A program made the position numbers and the translations under genes. Of a stretch of DNA of 64,000 bases, positions 24,303 to 34,440 are shown in pieces (the first letter of the stretch is position 1; the number at the start of each line of letters is the position of its first letter). The notes under the pieces are model-generated. The model did not search any database. It had not been told where the DNA came from and saw only the letters and a program-made list of their open reading frames with translations. The stretch covers positions 31,348 to 95,347 of the forward strand of contig DAOUDE010000074.1 of assembly GCA_034431475.1 (NCBI GenBank), written 5' to 3'. Origin of the DNA: Thermomicrobiales bacterium (GTDB taxonomy: Bacteria; Chloroflexota; Chloroflexia; Thermomicrobiales; UBA6265).

Positions 24303-25601
24303 CTACCTGGGGGCCAGCCGGGCGCCTCTGGCGCCAAGGCCGAGAATGACGCCAACGGTAAAACCCGAGACCAGCATTGACGTCCCGCCGTACGACACGA
24401 ACGGTACGGTCAATCCGGTGAGCGGCATCAACCGAAACACGCCACCGAGGATAAGAAGGATCTGGAGTCCCAGCAGCACCACAAGCGCAACGGCAATGAA
24501 CTGCTCCAGTTCAGTTGGCGCCATGAGCGCGTTCCGGGCAGATCGCACAACAGCGACTGCCAGAAGGGCCAGCACCGCGCTCGAGACAAGCACGCCGAAT
24601 TGCGCGCCGATCGCCGACACGATGAAATCGGTCTGTACCTCCGGCACGTTGCGCACGTCCGGCGCGATCCGCCCCCCGCCCAGGCCTCCCCAGGCCAGAG
24701 CGTACTCTCCCTGGATGAACTGATATCCCGCTCCCATTGGCGCGCGCCACGGGTCCAGCCAGTTGTCGACTCGCACCTGCACACGTGGCGAGCGGCCAGC
24801 GGCCAGCCAGACGACGGCGCCGACGGCGCACCCCATTGCCAGCACACTCCACCGCGAGCGAAGGCTGCCGGCGATGATGGCAAACGCTGCCAGCGCCGTG
24901 AGTGCAGCCATGCCGAGGTCATTCTGCACAGCGAGGGCGGCGAGGGCGAGGGCAAGCGCGCCGCCGACCGGGATCAGGTACGGGACAGGCGGCAACTCCC
25001 AGCGCCCCACTCGCCAGGAAGAGGACAACACGTGCCGCCGGTCATAGAGGTATGCGGCCATGAACGCGGCCAGGAGCACCCGAGCCACCTCGGCCGGCTG
25101 AGCCCGCAGCGGGCCAATGACCACCCAAAGCCTGGCGCCATTCACTTCTGTCCCGATCAGCATCGTGGACCCGATCAGCGCCAGGGCGGCGGCGGCGGTG
25201 AGATACGGGTAGCGGCGAACCAGTGGCGCAGCTCTGGACATGAATACGCCCAGGACCAGCGCACCGAACGCCGCCACCGCAAAAGCCGCGTGTCGCACCA
25301 GGATATCCCGGAAAAACAATTGCGTTCCCCCGGACAGTCGAGCGATCTCCAGCAACGAGACGACGCTGATGCTCGTCAACATGCCGCAGGTGGACAGGAG
25401 CAGCAGGTCTAGTCCTGGAACAGTAGCCCGCAACAGCAGGCCACAGATGAGCGGTGCGAACGCGGCTGCCAGCATCAACCCGGTGACCGTTTCACCAGGA
25501 GGCTGACCGCCCCGCAGCACGCTCGCCGCTCCCGACAGCAACACCAATGCCGGCAGCAGCAGCAACAGACAGTCCTGTACAAGCGTGCCAATCCGCGTCA
25601 T
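24303..25601 (-). CDS. ftsW: FtsW/RodA/SpoVE (SEDS) family peptidoglycan glycosyltransferase
   Basis: 432 aa polytopic membrane protein; PEVQTDFIVSAIG and LTVPFVSYGGTSMLV motifs. Confidence 0.9.
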   Translation of the reverse strand: MTRIGTLVQDCLLLLLPALVLLSGAASVLRGGQPPGETVTGLMLAAAFAPLICGLLLRATVPGLDLLLLSTCGMLTSISVVSLLEIARLSGGTQLFFRDILVRHAAFAVAAFGALVLGVFMSRAAPLVRRYPYLTAAAALALIGSTMLIGTEVNGARLWVVIGPLRAQPAEVARVLLAAFMAAYLYDRRHVLSSSWRVGRWELPPVPYLIPVGGALALALAALAVQNDLGMAALTALAAFAIIAGSLRSRWSVLAMGCAVGAVVWLAAGRSPRVQVRVDNWLDPWRAPMGAGYQFIQGEYALAWGGLGGGRIAPDVRNVPEVQTDFIVSAIGAQFGVLVSSAVLALLAVAVVRSARNALMAPTELEQFIAVALVVLLGLQILLILGGVFRLMPLTGLTVPFVSYGGTSMLVSGFTVGVILGLGARGARLAPR

Positions 25602-26458
25602 GTCGGCCAGCGGTCACCGACCAGCAGGTCCAGTCGCGTGCGGGCGTCAATCGGGATGGCGTCGGCGGAGGTCATGATGGCGCCCTGCAGGGCGTGCCCG
25701 CAGTTGCAGGTACGCGCCGGCAGGCCGTCCCGGCAAAGCTGTTGCAAGATCGCGCGCGCAGCCTGCCCATTCGCCTGCATGTTTGACACGACTTCTTCAA
25801 CCGTGACATCTGCTGCACTCTGGTGCCAGACGTCGTAGTCGGTCACCATCGCGACCGCCGCATAGCAAAGCTCCGCCTCTCTGGCGAGACGGGCCTCCGG
25901 CATCGCCGTCATGCCAATCACCGAGGCGCCCCAGGAGCGGTACCACTCCGACTCCGCTCGGGTAGAAAACTGCGGGCCTTCGATACAGACATACGCACCG
26001 CCGCACTCAATCAACGTCGCAGCTTCCGTTGCTGCGGACGACAACGATGCCTGCAAGACCGAGCAGTACGGATCGGCCAGGCCGACATGTGCGACAACAC
26101 CACCTTCGAAGAATGTCCTGTCCCGCACCACCGTTCTGTCGATGACTTGATCTGGCAGGACCAGCGTCCTTGGTGGGAGTTCTTCCTTCAGACTTCCGAC
26201 GGCGCTGAAGCTCACAAGATGGGTCACGCCCAGTTGCTTGAGTGCATACACGTTTGCGCGGTAGGGTATTTCGCTCGGAGACAGACGGTGGCCCTCGCCA
26301 TGCCTGGGGAGAAAGAGAACCTCCGTCTGCCCGAGTGTTCCCTCCAGAATTGGACCACTCGGTTCTCCAAACGGTGTGACTCGGCGATGTCTCGCAGCGG
26401 ATGTCAAACCATCAATGGCGTAGATGCCACTGCCACCAATGATGCCCAGCTTGCCCAT
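25598..26458 (-). CDS. mtnP: S-methyl-5'-thioadenosine phosphorylase
   Basis: ORF 25598..27187 trimmed to MGKLGIIGGSG (ATG 26456-26458). LPRHGEGHRLSPSEIPYRANVYALK and GMTAMPEARLAREAELCYA motifs. Confidence 0.92.
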   Translation of the reverse strand: MGKLGIIGGSGIYAIDGLTSAARHRRVTPFGEPSGPILEGTLGQTEVLFLPRHGEGHRLSPSEIPYRANVYALKQLGVTHLVSFSAVGSLKEELPPRTLVLPDQVIDRTVVRDRTFFEGGVVAHVGLADPYCSVLQASLSSAATEAATLIECGGAYVCIEGPQFSTRAESEWYRSWGASVIGMTAMPEARLAREAELCYAAVAMVTDYDVWHQSAADVTVEEVVSNMQANGQAARAILQQLCRDGLPARTCNCGHALQGAIMTSADAIPIDARTRLDLLVGDRWPT

Positions 26459-26549
26459 GGTGCTCCTGCTCACTAAGCGGCCGCCATTCGCCGGTCTCGG
26501 GGCGACGTCACTGGTGCTCGTCCCTCCCGCTGAACCCGTGGCCAGAGAA

Positions 26550-26558
26550 TGGTATACT
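26550..26558 (+). promoter_or_regulatory. extended -10 (TGgTATACT) upstream of rpsO
   Basis: TGGTATACT at 26550-26558; would give a leader of about 70 nt containing the hairpin GTGCTCC-GAG-GAGCAC. Confidence 0.4.
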
Positions 26559-26635
26559 CGCTCGGTTGCGTGCTCCGAGGAGCACTGCTTTCGTGTGTCC
26601 GTAGAGTTGTTTCGTTGGGAGAGGATTCCGCCACT

Positions 26636-26905
26636 ATGGCGTTGCAGCGTGAACAGAAAGACGCAATTATCTCGCAGTTTCGCATGCACCCCGAGGATAC
26701 CGGTTCGCCTGAGGTACAGATCGCGCTCCTGACCGAGCGGATCAATGGCCTGACCGACCACCTGCGCAGCCACCGCCATGACTTCCATTCTCGCCGTGGG
26801 TTGCTCAAGCTCGTCGGTCAACGGCGCCGCATGCTTGCCTACCTCGCAGATAAGGATGTCGAGCGCTACCGCGCTACCATCACCCGACTTGGTCTCCGCA
26901 AGTAG
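26636..26905 (+). CDS. rpsO: 30S ribosomal protein S15
   Basis: 89 aa, [82 protein letters not shown]. Confidence 0.97.
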   Translation: MALQREQKDAIISQFRMHPEDTGSPEVQIALLTERINGLTDHLRSHRHDFHSRRGLLKLVGQRRRMLAYLADKDVERYRATITRLGLRK

Positions 26906-26970
26906 CAGCCTGTCTCGTCTCCCAACGTCTCGCCAGCTCCGCGCAGCCGGAGACGGCTTGCGTGACTGCG

Positions 26971-27001
26971 GCCCAGGGCATTGCTGCCCTGGGCTCTTTT
27001 G
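26971..27001 (+). terminator. rho-independent terminator/attenuator after rpsO
   Basis: GCCCAGGGCA-TTGC-TGCCCTGGGC followed by TCTTTTG. Confidence 0.8.
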
Positions 27002-27204
27002 TCGTGTGCGGCGGAGACTGCGCGCCTCGAGGAAGGGGGTGACTGGCATCGATTCTGCCTGACATGCACCAGCCGGCCGTGGGGAATTGGAGCGTGGGCG
27101 ACACCAGGCGCTCACGCTCCAGTCCCTCACGAGAATGCCGAGTTCATGCAGGCTCGCGTCTCCCGCAAGAAATGCGGGAAGCAGCATCTCAGGAGGAGTT
27201 CGTT

Positions 27205-29532
27205 TTGGCTACAGGCAACCTGCCAACCGTCACCACTGTCGAGGCCGAAATTGCCGGCCGCACACTCTCGCTTGAAAGCGGGTTGATCGCTCAACTCGCC
27301 GATGGCGCGGTGGTCGTGCAATACGGCGACACCACGATCCTGGCCACCGCCGGCGGCGAGCGTGAGGCGAAGGATGTCGTCGACTTCTTTCCGCTCACTG
27401 TCGACTACGAAGAGCGCATGTATGCCGCAGGCAAGATCCCTGGCGGCTTCATCAAGCGCGAAGGCCGGCCCACCGAGGCCGCCATTCTCGCTGCACGTTT
27501 GACTGACCGCCCGCTACGTCCCCTGTTCCCGAAGGGATACCGGGCCGAAGTCCAGATCATCTCCACGGTTCTGTCAGCAGACCAGGAAAACGATCCCGAT
27601 ATCCTTTCCATCATTGGTGCGTCCGCCGCGCTGACCATTTCTCCTATTCCCTTCGATGGACCGGTCGGCGCCGTCCGCATCGGCTATATCGATGGCCAGA
27701 TCGTCGTGAACCCTACCTCCAGCGCGCTGGCGGACAGTCAGTTGGATATGGTGATCGCCGGCACTGCTGACGCGATCATGATGGTCGAGGGTGAAGCGGA
27801 CCAGGTCAGCGAAGAGGTCCTCGTTTCAGCAATCGAACGCGCGCATGAAGAAATCCGCCGCATTGTCCAGCTTCAGCTCGACCTGCAGGCGAAGGTCGGC
27901 AAGGAGAAGTGGCCCTTCACGCCGCCGCAGCCGGACGCCGCGCTCGAAGCGCAAGTTCGGTCGACCCTCGGGGATCGCCTTGCCGCGACGTTGAACAACG
28001 CCGACAAGGTCGTACGACTTGAAGGTACGAGCGCGCTCAAGGATGAAATCGTCCAGAGCCTCGAAGGTTCTGACATTTCAGCCAAGGCAGCCGCGGAAAC
28101 ATTCGAGCGTTTACTCAAGCAGGAAGTGCGCAGCGCCATCCTCAACGATGGGACGCGCCCGGATGGACGCCGCCCGGAGGAAATTCGCCCAATCTGGATC
28201 GATATGGGCTACCTGCCGCGCGCACACGGTTCTGCCATTTTTACTCGAGGTCAAACCCAGGTCCTCTCAGTCGTCACGCTCGGTTCGACTGCTGAAGAGC
28301 AGCGGCTGGATTCGATCAGCCCGGTCACGACCAAACGCTACATCCACCATTACAATTTCCCGCCCTTCAGCGTTGGCGAAGTCCGCCGTATGCGCGGCCC
28401 GGGCCGCCGCGACATCGGCCACGGCGCGCTAGCCGAGCGTGCCCTCCTCGCGGTCATTCCGGACGCCGAGGCTTTCCCGTACACCATGCGCGTCGTCTCC
28501 GAGGTCGTGAGTTCCAACGGCTCGACCTCGATGGCAAGTGTTTGTGGCAGTACTCTCGCGCTCATGGACGCCGGGGTTCCTATTTCGGCACCGGTGGCCG
28601 GCATCGCGATGGGCCTGGTCACCGGCGATGATGGCCGCTACCGCATCCTGACCGATATCCAGGGGATGGAAGACGCCCTTGGCGACATGGACTTCAAGGT
28701 CGCGGGCACCACCGAGGGCGTCACGGCGATCCAGATGGACATCAAGGTCAAAGGCATCACGCCGCAGATCATGCGCGAGGCGCTTGCTCAGGCTCGCGAC
28801 GGCCGGCTGTTTATCCTTGGCGTCATGCAGGAGGCGATCGCCGCCCCGCGTGAGGAACTTTCACGGTTCGCGCCGCGTGTCCTGCGGGTGAAGATCAATC
28901 CCGAAAAAATCGGAGCGGTCATCGGCCCCGGCGGCAAGATGATTCGCTCCATCCAGGAAGAGACCAACACCAAGATCGACATCTCTGACGACGGTTCGGT
29001 CTCGGTGGCCTCGACAGACTCCAGCGGCGCCGAGGCCGCGGTGCAGCGCATCCTGGGCCTCACACAGGAGCTCAGGATCGAGCGGGGCGAAATCTACAAC
29101 GGCAAGGTCGTCAGCATCATGCCATACGGGGCATTCGTGGAAATCCTGCCCGGCAAGGACGGCCTGGTCCACATCTCTGAGCTCTCCGAGGATCCATCGA
29201 TTCGCGTCGCTCGTGTGGAGGATGTCATCAACCTCGGTGATGAAATCACCGTGATGGTCACTGAGGTTGCGCCCAACGGAAAGGTGAGCCTTTCGCGGCG
29301 CGCGGCGCTGACTGGCGAATTGCCCGAAGCCAAGCCCGAGCGCACGGATCGGCCACCGCGACGGGACAACGACCGGGATCGCGGCCCGCGCCGTGACGAT
29401 CGCGGCCCTGCCCCGCGTGGCGACCGTGACGGCGGCCCGCAACGGACCTTCGAAGGGCGACCCCGCGGGGATTTCCAGGGACGCCCCGGCGACAGCGTGC
29501 GTCGAGATCGCCCGCCGCGCGATACCGAATAG
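27205..29532 (+). CDS. pnp: polyribonucleotide nucleotidyltransferase (PNPase) with an Arg/Asp/Gly-rich C-terminal tail
   Basis: TTG 27205 lies 7 nt after AGGAGG (ATG 27172 is the alternative). Two RNase PH domains, KH (INPEKIGAVIGPGGKMIRSI) and S1 (GKVVSIMPYGAFVEILPGKDGLVHISEL). Confidence 0.95.
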   Translation: MATGNLPTVTTVEAEIAGRTLSLESGLIAQLADGAVVVQYGDTTILATAGGEREAKDVVDFFPLTVDYEERMYAAGKIPGGFIKREGRPTEAAILAARLTDRPLRPLFPKGYRAEVQIISTVLSADQENDPDILSIIGASAALTISPIPFDGPVGAVRIGYIDGQIVVNPTSSALADSQLDMVIAGTADAIMMVEGEADQVSEEVLVSAIERAHEEIRRIVQLQLDLQAKVGKEKWPFTPPQPDAALEAQVRSTLGDRLAATLNNADKVVRLEGTSALKDEIVQSLEGSDISAKAAAETFERLLKQEVRSAILNDGTRPDGRRPEEIRPIWIDMGYLPRAHGSAIFTRGQTQVLSVVTLGSTAEEQRLDSISPVTTKRYIHHYNFPPFSVGEVRRMRGPGRRDIGHGALAERALLAVIPDAEAFPYTMRVVSEVVSSNGSTSMASVCGSTLALMDAGVPISAPVAGIAMGLVTGDDGRYRILTDIQGMEDALGDMDFKVAGTTEGVTAIQMDIKVKGITPQIMREALAQARDGRLFILGVMQEAIAAPREELSRFAPRVLRVKINPEKIGAVIGPGGKMIRSIQEETNTKIDISDDGSVSVASTDSSGAEAAVQRILGLTQELRIERGEIYNGKVVSIMPYGAFVEILPGKDGLVHISELSEDPSIRVARVEDVINLGDEITVMVTEVAPNGKVSLSRRAALTGELPEAKPERTDRPPRRDNDRDRGPRRDDRGPAPRGDRDGGPQRTFEGRPRGDFQGRPGDSVRRDRPPRDTE

Positions 29533-29548
29533 ACTAAATCGATTTCCA

Positions 29549-29583
29549 GAAGACCGGGCTCCTCGCCCGGTCTTCCGTTTCTC
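29549..29583 (+). terminator. rho-independent terminator after pnp
   Basis: GAAGACCGGGC-TCCTC-GCCCGGTCTTC followed by CGTTTCTCC. Confidence 0.75.
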
Positions 29584-29671
29584 CGGTTTGCGGGACATCG
29601 TTGAACGTTGGTAGGATCGCCTGCAGAGCGCCCTGCCGGGACGCCACTGACATACCACGGAGAACCTGTAC

Positions 29672-30523
29672 ATGGTCGAAGCTACGGCCGCACGCAAGGA
29701 ACAGGAGCTACGCGACCTGCTTGCGTCGCTGGGGTCGGTTGTCGTCTCATTTTCCGGCGGCGTTGACAGCAGCTATCTTCTCAAGATCGCGCATGATGTC
29801 CTGGGCAACAACGCGATTGCCGCGACGGGTTTGTCACAAACCTATGCGGCCGAAGAAATGGCGGAAGCCGATGTTGTAGCGCGCGACATCGGTGCTGAGT
29901 ACATTCTCGTTGACACCGCTGAACTGACTGACCCTCGCTACGCAGACAACACGCATCAACGATGCTTCTTTTGCAAGTCCGAGCTTTACGGGAAGCTCGT
30001 CGAACTGGCTCGCCAGCGAGGAATACCGTGGGTTCTCGATGGCTCCAATGCCGACGACCTGGATGACTTTCGCCCTGGAATGCGCGCTGCCCGGGACCTC
30101 GGCGTGCGCAGCCCGCTGCAGGAAGTCGGGATGACGAAGGCTGAGATCCGCGCTCAATCCGCGATTCATGGCCTCCGTACCTGGGACAAACCGGCTGTGG
30201 CGTGTCTCTCCTCCCGGTTCGCCTATGGCGATCCCATCACGGTGGAGAAACTCCGCCAGGTGGCCACGGCCGAAAGCGCCATCCGCAAGCTTGGTTTGCG
30301 CGGATTCCGCGTTCGCCACGAAGGCAAGACCGCCCGGCTCGAGATCCCGAAGGAACAATTTGCCCTGGCGATCGAGCACGCGGACGAGATTGTGGACGCC
30401 GTGCGCGAGGCCGGGTACGGTGTCGTGGTTCTCGACCTTGCGGGCTACCGCAGCGGAAGCATGAATGAGGTGCTGAATGCGCGTCTCAAGTCGCGCCGAC
30501 TACGGGGTCCGAGCGCTGTTTGA
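29672..30523 (+). CDS. larE: PP-loop ATP-utilizing enzyme, LarE-like (TIGR00268-type)
   Basis: 283 aa; PP-loop VVSFSGGVDSSYL, conserved CFFCK and PAVACLSSRF motifs. Confidence 0.8.
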   Translation: MVEATAARKEQELRDLLASLGSVVVSFSGGVDSSYLLKIAHDVLGNNAIAATGLSQTYAAEEMAEADVVARDIGAEYILVDTAELTDPRYADNTHQRCFFCKSELYGKLVELARQRGIPWVLDGSNADDLDDFRPGMRAARDLGVRSPLQEVGMTKAEIRAQSAIHGLRTWDKPAVACLSSRFAYGDPITVEKLRQVATAESAIRKLGLRGFRVRHEGKTARLEIPKEQFALAIEHADEIVDAVREAGYGVVVLDLAGYRSGSMNEVLNARLKSRRLRGPSAV

Positions 30524-30902
30524 GCTTGCACGTCGCGCTGGCCAGGGCCCGGTTCAAAGCAAGGAAATCGCTGCCCGGCAGGAGATTCCTGAAGCGTATC
30601 TGCATCAGGTGCTCGGTGCGCTCAATCGGGCAGGGCTGATCAAGAGCACGCGCGGGCCGCTAGGCGGCCACGAACTCCTGCAAGCGCCCTCAGAAGTGAC
30701 CGTCTATTCCATCCTGGTCGCCCTGGACGGCATTGATCAGCGTACTCATCCGCACCCCGACGGGGCCGGGGCTGGAGACGTCGTCCACAATCTCTGGCAC
30801 GATCTGCAGGCGCAGTCTGAGACGTTTCTGCGCTCCGTGTCATTGCAGACACTCCTCGACCGGGATCTGGAGCGGCTCGAGAACGCGACCTACGTCATCT
30901 GA
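30477..30902 (+). CDS. Rrf2 family transcriptional regulator
   Basis: 141 aa; MRVSSRADYGVRALFELA...SKEIAARQEIPEAYLHQVLGALNRAGLIKSTRGPLGGHEL. Overlaps the larE-like 3' end by 47 nt. Confidence 0.85.
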   Translation: MRVSSRADYGVRALFELARRAGQGPVQSKEIAARQEIPEAYLHQVLGALNRAGLIKSTRGPLGGHELLQAPSEVTVYSILVALDGIDQRTHPHPDGAGAGDVVHNLWHDLQAQSETFLRSVSLQTLLDRDLERLENATYVI

Positions 30903-30932
30903 TGGTTAGCAGAAAGAGGATGGCAAGAACTT

Positions 30933-30958
30933 GGGCCCTCAGCAAGCGCTGAGGGCCC
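30933..30958. terminator. hairpin between the Rrf2 gene and the convergent tRNA-Asn
   Basis: GGGCCCTCAGC-AAGC-GCTGAGGGCCC. Confidence 0.6.
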
Positions 30959-30961
30959 TTC

Positions 30962-31036
30962 TGGCTCCCCGACTAGGACTCGAACCTAGAACCTACCGGT
31001 TAACAGCCGGGCGCTCTACCATTGAGCTATCGGGGA
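30962..31036 (-). tRNA. tRNA-Asn (anticodon GTT), CCA encoded
   Basis: Minus strand TCCCCGA-TA-GCTC-AATGGTA-GAGC-G-CCCGG-CTGTTAA-CCGGT-AGGTT-CTAGG-TTCGAGT-CCTAG-TCGGGGA-G-CCA. Confidence 0.92.
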
Positions 31037-31095
31037 TCGTTTCACCGCGCAGCATCATACCATGCCTGCCATCGCGCGGCGACCTTCAAGCACCG

Positions 31096-31926
31096 CTAAT
31101 TCGAGGTATCCCTGCTCTTCGGTGTGTCAGACGCTGGCAGCGGCTCGGCCCAGAATCGGCTTTCGGCGCGTGGAGCCGTGACGGCTTCGGATAGCTCCGC
31201 TGAATCGGCATCGGGCGGCACAATGTAGGTACGCCGATGCCCGGCGCCAACGGCGGCCCGGCCATTGCCGCGGCTGAGCGCGTCCGTGAATGCATCCAGT
31301 TCTTCCGGGGTGGCGCCGACTCGCTCTGCCGCTGCGGCGATGGCACGTTCGCGTTTGCCTTGCCTGGCAGGTTCAACGGCCGTGGCAGCAACTGCCGGCA
31401 GCGTCACGCCGTCATCGGCGGAGACCGGTGTCGTGCAGTACGGACAGACCGCCCAGCGGCGATCAATCAGGCGTGAGCACGACGTGCAAGCATGGCGCAG
31501 GCTTGTCTGGCAATGCGGGCAAATGACAAAGTCCGTGTCGACACTCCGCTGGCAGCCGGGACACAGCGGAAGTTCATCCAGATCCTGGAGCAGATACTCC
31601 TCTTCGAGTGCACGCTGGAAGACCTGATCGAGCGTCTCTTTGGGCCGCAAGATCAGGTACAGCAGCAAGCCTGGCACAAAAAAGAGCACAACCAGCAACG
31701 TGGAGAACACCTGCGTGAAAACGCTGCGGCTCCGGGATTCGATATCGCGGAATGTCCAGGCAACGAGCGCAAACCACAGCGCGATGAGATAGGCGATGCC
31801 GATCGCCAGGAAAAACTGTGCGCCGCGCGCCGCAGTCTCAATCAACTTGGTCTGTCCCTTCAGAACCGTGCCGCGCATGCCCGCGGCCCCTAAAGGTACC
31901 CCACTCGTTTCGGCACTGTGCATCAT
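31096..31926 (-). CDS. membrane protein with C-terminal double zinc-ribbon
   Basis: 276 aa (start may be an internal Met); two TM helices, then LCPGCQRSVDTDFVICPHCQTSL...CTSCSRLIDRRWAVCPYC. Confidence 0.65.
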   Translation of the reverse strand: MMHSAETSGVPLGAAGMRGTVLKGQTKLIETAARGAQFFLAIGIAYLIALWFALVAWTFRDIESRSRSVFTQVFSTLLVVLFFVPGLLLYLILRPKETLDQVFQRALEEEYLLQDLDELPLCPGCQRSVDTDFVICPHCQTSLRHACTSCSRLIDRRWAVCPYCTTPVSADDGVTLPAVAATAVEPARQGKRERAIAAAAERVGATPEELDAFTDALSRGNGRAAVGAGHRRTYIVPPDADSAELSEAVTAPRAESRFWAEPLPASDTPKSRDTSN

Positions 31927-31963
31927 CAGCGCACGGACAGGCCACCTGGTTTCGGATCACTTG

Positions 31964-32650
31964 CTACGACCCATCGGTGGAGCGCCGCTCCAGGAAGGCC
32001 GTCAGCCAATCGTAGATTCTGCGATATGTCGTCTCAACCACGTCGTGCTCCGAGACCCCTGCGTCGATCACCATCCACTCGTCAGGGTTGTGGCACGCCA
32101 GGCCAAGGTACGTGTCCCGTACGGCCTGGTGAAATTTGACCTGCTCGGCATCGAACCGGTTGACCGATTCGGTGTCTGCGTGGCGGCGCGCCAATGCGAC
32201 GGACACCGGCAGGTCGAGCAACACCCGCAGGTCCGGTGCAACCCCACTCGTTGCAAGCGCTTGCGCCGCCTCGATGGTCTCGCGCGGCACGCCGCGGCCG
32301 CCCCATTGATACGCCAACGTCGAATCCGTGAAGCGGTCACACATGACGATTGAGCCGCGCTGGAGCTGCGGCTCAATCACCTTGGAGACATGCTGTGCGC
32401 GCGCCGCACTGAAAAGCAGGAGTTCGGCGACCGGTGTGATGTCGGCGCTTGCCGCCGACAGGACCAGCGCTCGCACCCCTTCCCCTAATGGCGTTCCGCC
32501 CGGTTCACGCGTCAGGATCACGTCGCGATCAAGGTGACGCTGAAGCCGGTGCACGATCGAACTGGCGACGGTCGACTTCCCCGAGCCGTCAATCCCTTCC
32601 AGGACGATAAAGACGCCGGGCCAGGGACTCGTACGGCTATCGCGAGCCAT
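31964..32650 (-). CDS. tmk: dTMP (thymidylate) kinase
   Basis: ORF trimmed to [27 protein letters not shown] (ATG 32648-32650). [11 protein letters not shown] and [11 protein letters not shown] motifs. Confidence 0.92.
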   Translation of the reverse strand: MARDSRTSPWPGVFIVLEGIDGSGKSTVASSIVHRLQRHLDRDVILTREPGGTPLGEGVRALVLSAASADITPVAELLLFSAARAQHVSKVIEPQLQRGSIVMCDRFTDSTLAYQWGGRGVPRETIEAAQALATSGVAPDLRVLLDLPVSVALARRHADTESVNRFDAEQVKFHQAVRDTYLGLACHNPDEWMVIDAGVSEHDVVETTYRRIYDWLTAFLERRSTDGS

Positions 32651-34436
32651 AACGCGAGATTTCAACCCTACGGTTTGGTTCGCGGCCTCGGCTGCGTGAA
32701 GACACGGCATACCGCTCGGCCAACTGGTGCTGAATCTGGCGGATGCGGTTGCTCTGTGGAGCGAGTTGCACCGGCGAGCCACCGCCCATGACGGCCGCAA
32801 TCGCATCTTCCGCTTCCGAGATGGCCGAAAGGACAGGGTCGCCACCCTCGTCATCAAGGTCATCATCCGGCGCGTTGTGCGGCTCTACGGGAAGTTCGGA
32901 GCGGTCACCTCGCCCCGGAAACAGGCTGATGAGCAATTGCTCCATCTGGATGCCCGTGTTTGAACGAAGCACGTAGACAGGCGTACCTCGCGCCTCGGCA
33001 TCACGCACCGGCTGCGCCTTCTGGCGATAGTAGTTCTTGAGTGTCAGAACGATGTCCGCCTCGCGCGGATCCCGCACCACGCCGGCCGGAACACGCAGCG
33101 ACTGGATGGCTTGCTCCAGCCGGTTCCGGCTGACCCCGAATGCGTAAATCCGCAACGGCCGGTTCTCCGTGCCTCGGTTTCTCACGGCGAGTGGCAAGTT
33201 CTCCGGCTCATGTTCCCGGTGGCTGGGAACTGCCGGAACCAGATTCACCGGATCAGGCGCGAAATCGCTCGCGCCGTTGGCACTCCGGGGCACGTCGCCC
33301 CGGCTCCCATTCTTCCCGCGGTCCCGATCGCGCTGCATCGGCAGGTCTTGCCGCGGCGCCACGGACACCGTGACGCTGCCATCTTCCTCACGTTTGCGAA
33401 GCTCCGGCCGGGGCGCGGAACCGCGCAGCACGATGTCCACGGTGGCGGCGACGTCCGAATGGACCGCGACCTGATCGCGGTCGATGATCTCGATGATGGT
33501 GTCGAAGGTCGGTGGCGCCTTGCGCTCCAGAATCGACTTCTGCGTGCCGCGCCGCCTCGCTTCCTCGTCCGAGAGCGTTACCGACTGAATGCCGCCGATG
33601 AGATCCGCCAGGGTCGGATTCATCATCAGGTTCTCGAGGGTATTGCCGTGGGCGGTGCCAATGAGCTGCACGCCACGCTCCGCGATCGTGCGTGCTGCCA
33701 TGGCCTCCAGCTCGGTGCCGATCTCATCGATCACGACCACTTGCGGCATGTGATTTTCGACCGCCTCGATCATCACTCCGTGTTGATCGGTCGGCGTTGG
33801 CACCTGCATACGCCGGGCGCGGCCAATCGCCGGGTGCGGAATGTCGCCATCGCCCGCGATTTCGTTCGAGGTATCGACTACGATCACCCGCTTGTGCAGT
33901 TCGTCCGCCAGCACCCGCGCGGTTTCACGCAGCAGGGTCGTCTTGCCGACACCTGGCCGCCCCAGCAGCAAGACGCTCTGCCCGGATTCGATCAGGTCGC
34001 GCATGATGGCGATGGTGCCGAACACGGCACGCCCCACTCGGCAGGTGAGCCCGACGATCTCGCCGGTGCGATTGCGAATCGCCGAAATGCGGTGCAGGGT
34101 GCGCTCGATACCCGCGCGATTGTCGCCACCGAATTCGCCGATTCGTGCCGCCACGAACGCGAGGTCGTCGCGGGTGATTTCGCGATCCAGAAGCGGCCGT
34201 TCGCCAGACTGGAAGCGCGCCTCAGGCAAGCGGCCGAGATCCATGACAATCTCGACGAGATCATCATAGGTCTGGTCCTCGCTTACCTCGGCTACCGCCG
34301 CTGCGATATCAGGCGGCAGGACTGCCAGCAGCCCGTCCAGGTTGTCTGTGCTTGCGAGTTCGTACATTGGTCTGCCTGGTTCGCGAGAGCCTTCCTCGGG
34401 ATTCATGATGCGGTCATTCGAGTTTCTGGTCATCAA
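32637..34436 (-). CDS. AAA ATPase with C-terminal R3H nucleic-acid-binding domain (SpoIIIAA/Ycf45-like)
   Basis: 599 aa; Walker [17 protein letters not shown], Walker [21 protein letters not shown]. Long low-complexity linker, then an R3H-like C-terminus ([27 protein letters not shown]). Confidence 0.8.
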   Translation of the reverse strand: MMTRNSNDRIMNPEEGSREPGRPMYELASTDNLDGLLAVLPPDIAAAVAEVSEDQTYDDLVEIVMDLGRLPEARFQSGERPLLDREITRDDLAFVAARIGEFGGDNRAGIERTLHRISAIRNRTGEIVGLTCRVGRAVFGTIAIMRDLIESGQSVLLLGRPGVGKTTLLRETARVLADELHKRVIVVDTSNEIAGDGDIPHPAIGRARRMQVPTPTDQHGVMIEAVENHMPQVVVIDEIGTELEAMAARTIAERGVQLIGTAHGNTLENLMMNPTLADLIGGIQSVTLSDEEARRRGTQKSILERKAPPTFDTIIEIIDRDQVAVHSDVAATVDIVLRGSAPRPELRKREEDGSVTVSVAPRQDLPMQRDRDRGKNGSRGDVPRSANGASDFAPDPVNLVPAVPSHREHEPENLPLAVRNRGTENRPLRIYAFGVSRNRLEQAIQSLRVPAGVVRDPREADIVLTLKNYYRQKAQPVRDAEARGTPVYVLRSNTGIQMEQLLISLFPGRGDRSELPVEPHNAPDDDLDDEGGDPVLSAISEAEDAIAAVMGGGSPVQLAPQSNRIRQIQHQLAERYAVSSRSRGREPNRRVEISRYGSR

Positions 34437-34440
34437 GCTT

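Noticed and set aside
25598-27187. Very long N-terminal extensions of track ORFs (mtnP 529 aa, purB 565 aa, nadK 419 aa, tmk 300 aa, acd 572 aa, the 226-aa and 247-aa ORFs)
   Set aside because: Homology to each family begins at an internal Met or Val that has an RBS or a start/stop overlap. The upstream parts are low-complexity and cross promoters or neighbouring genes.
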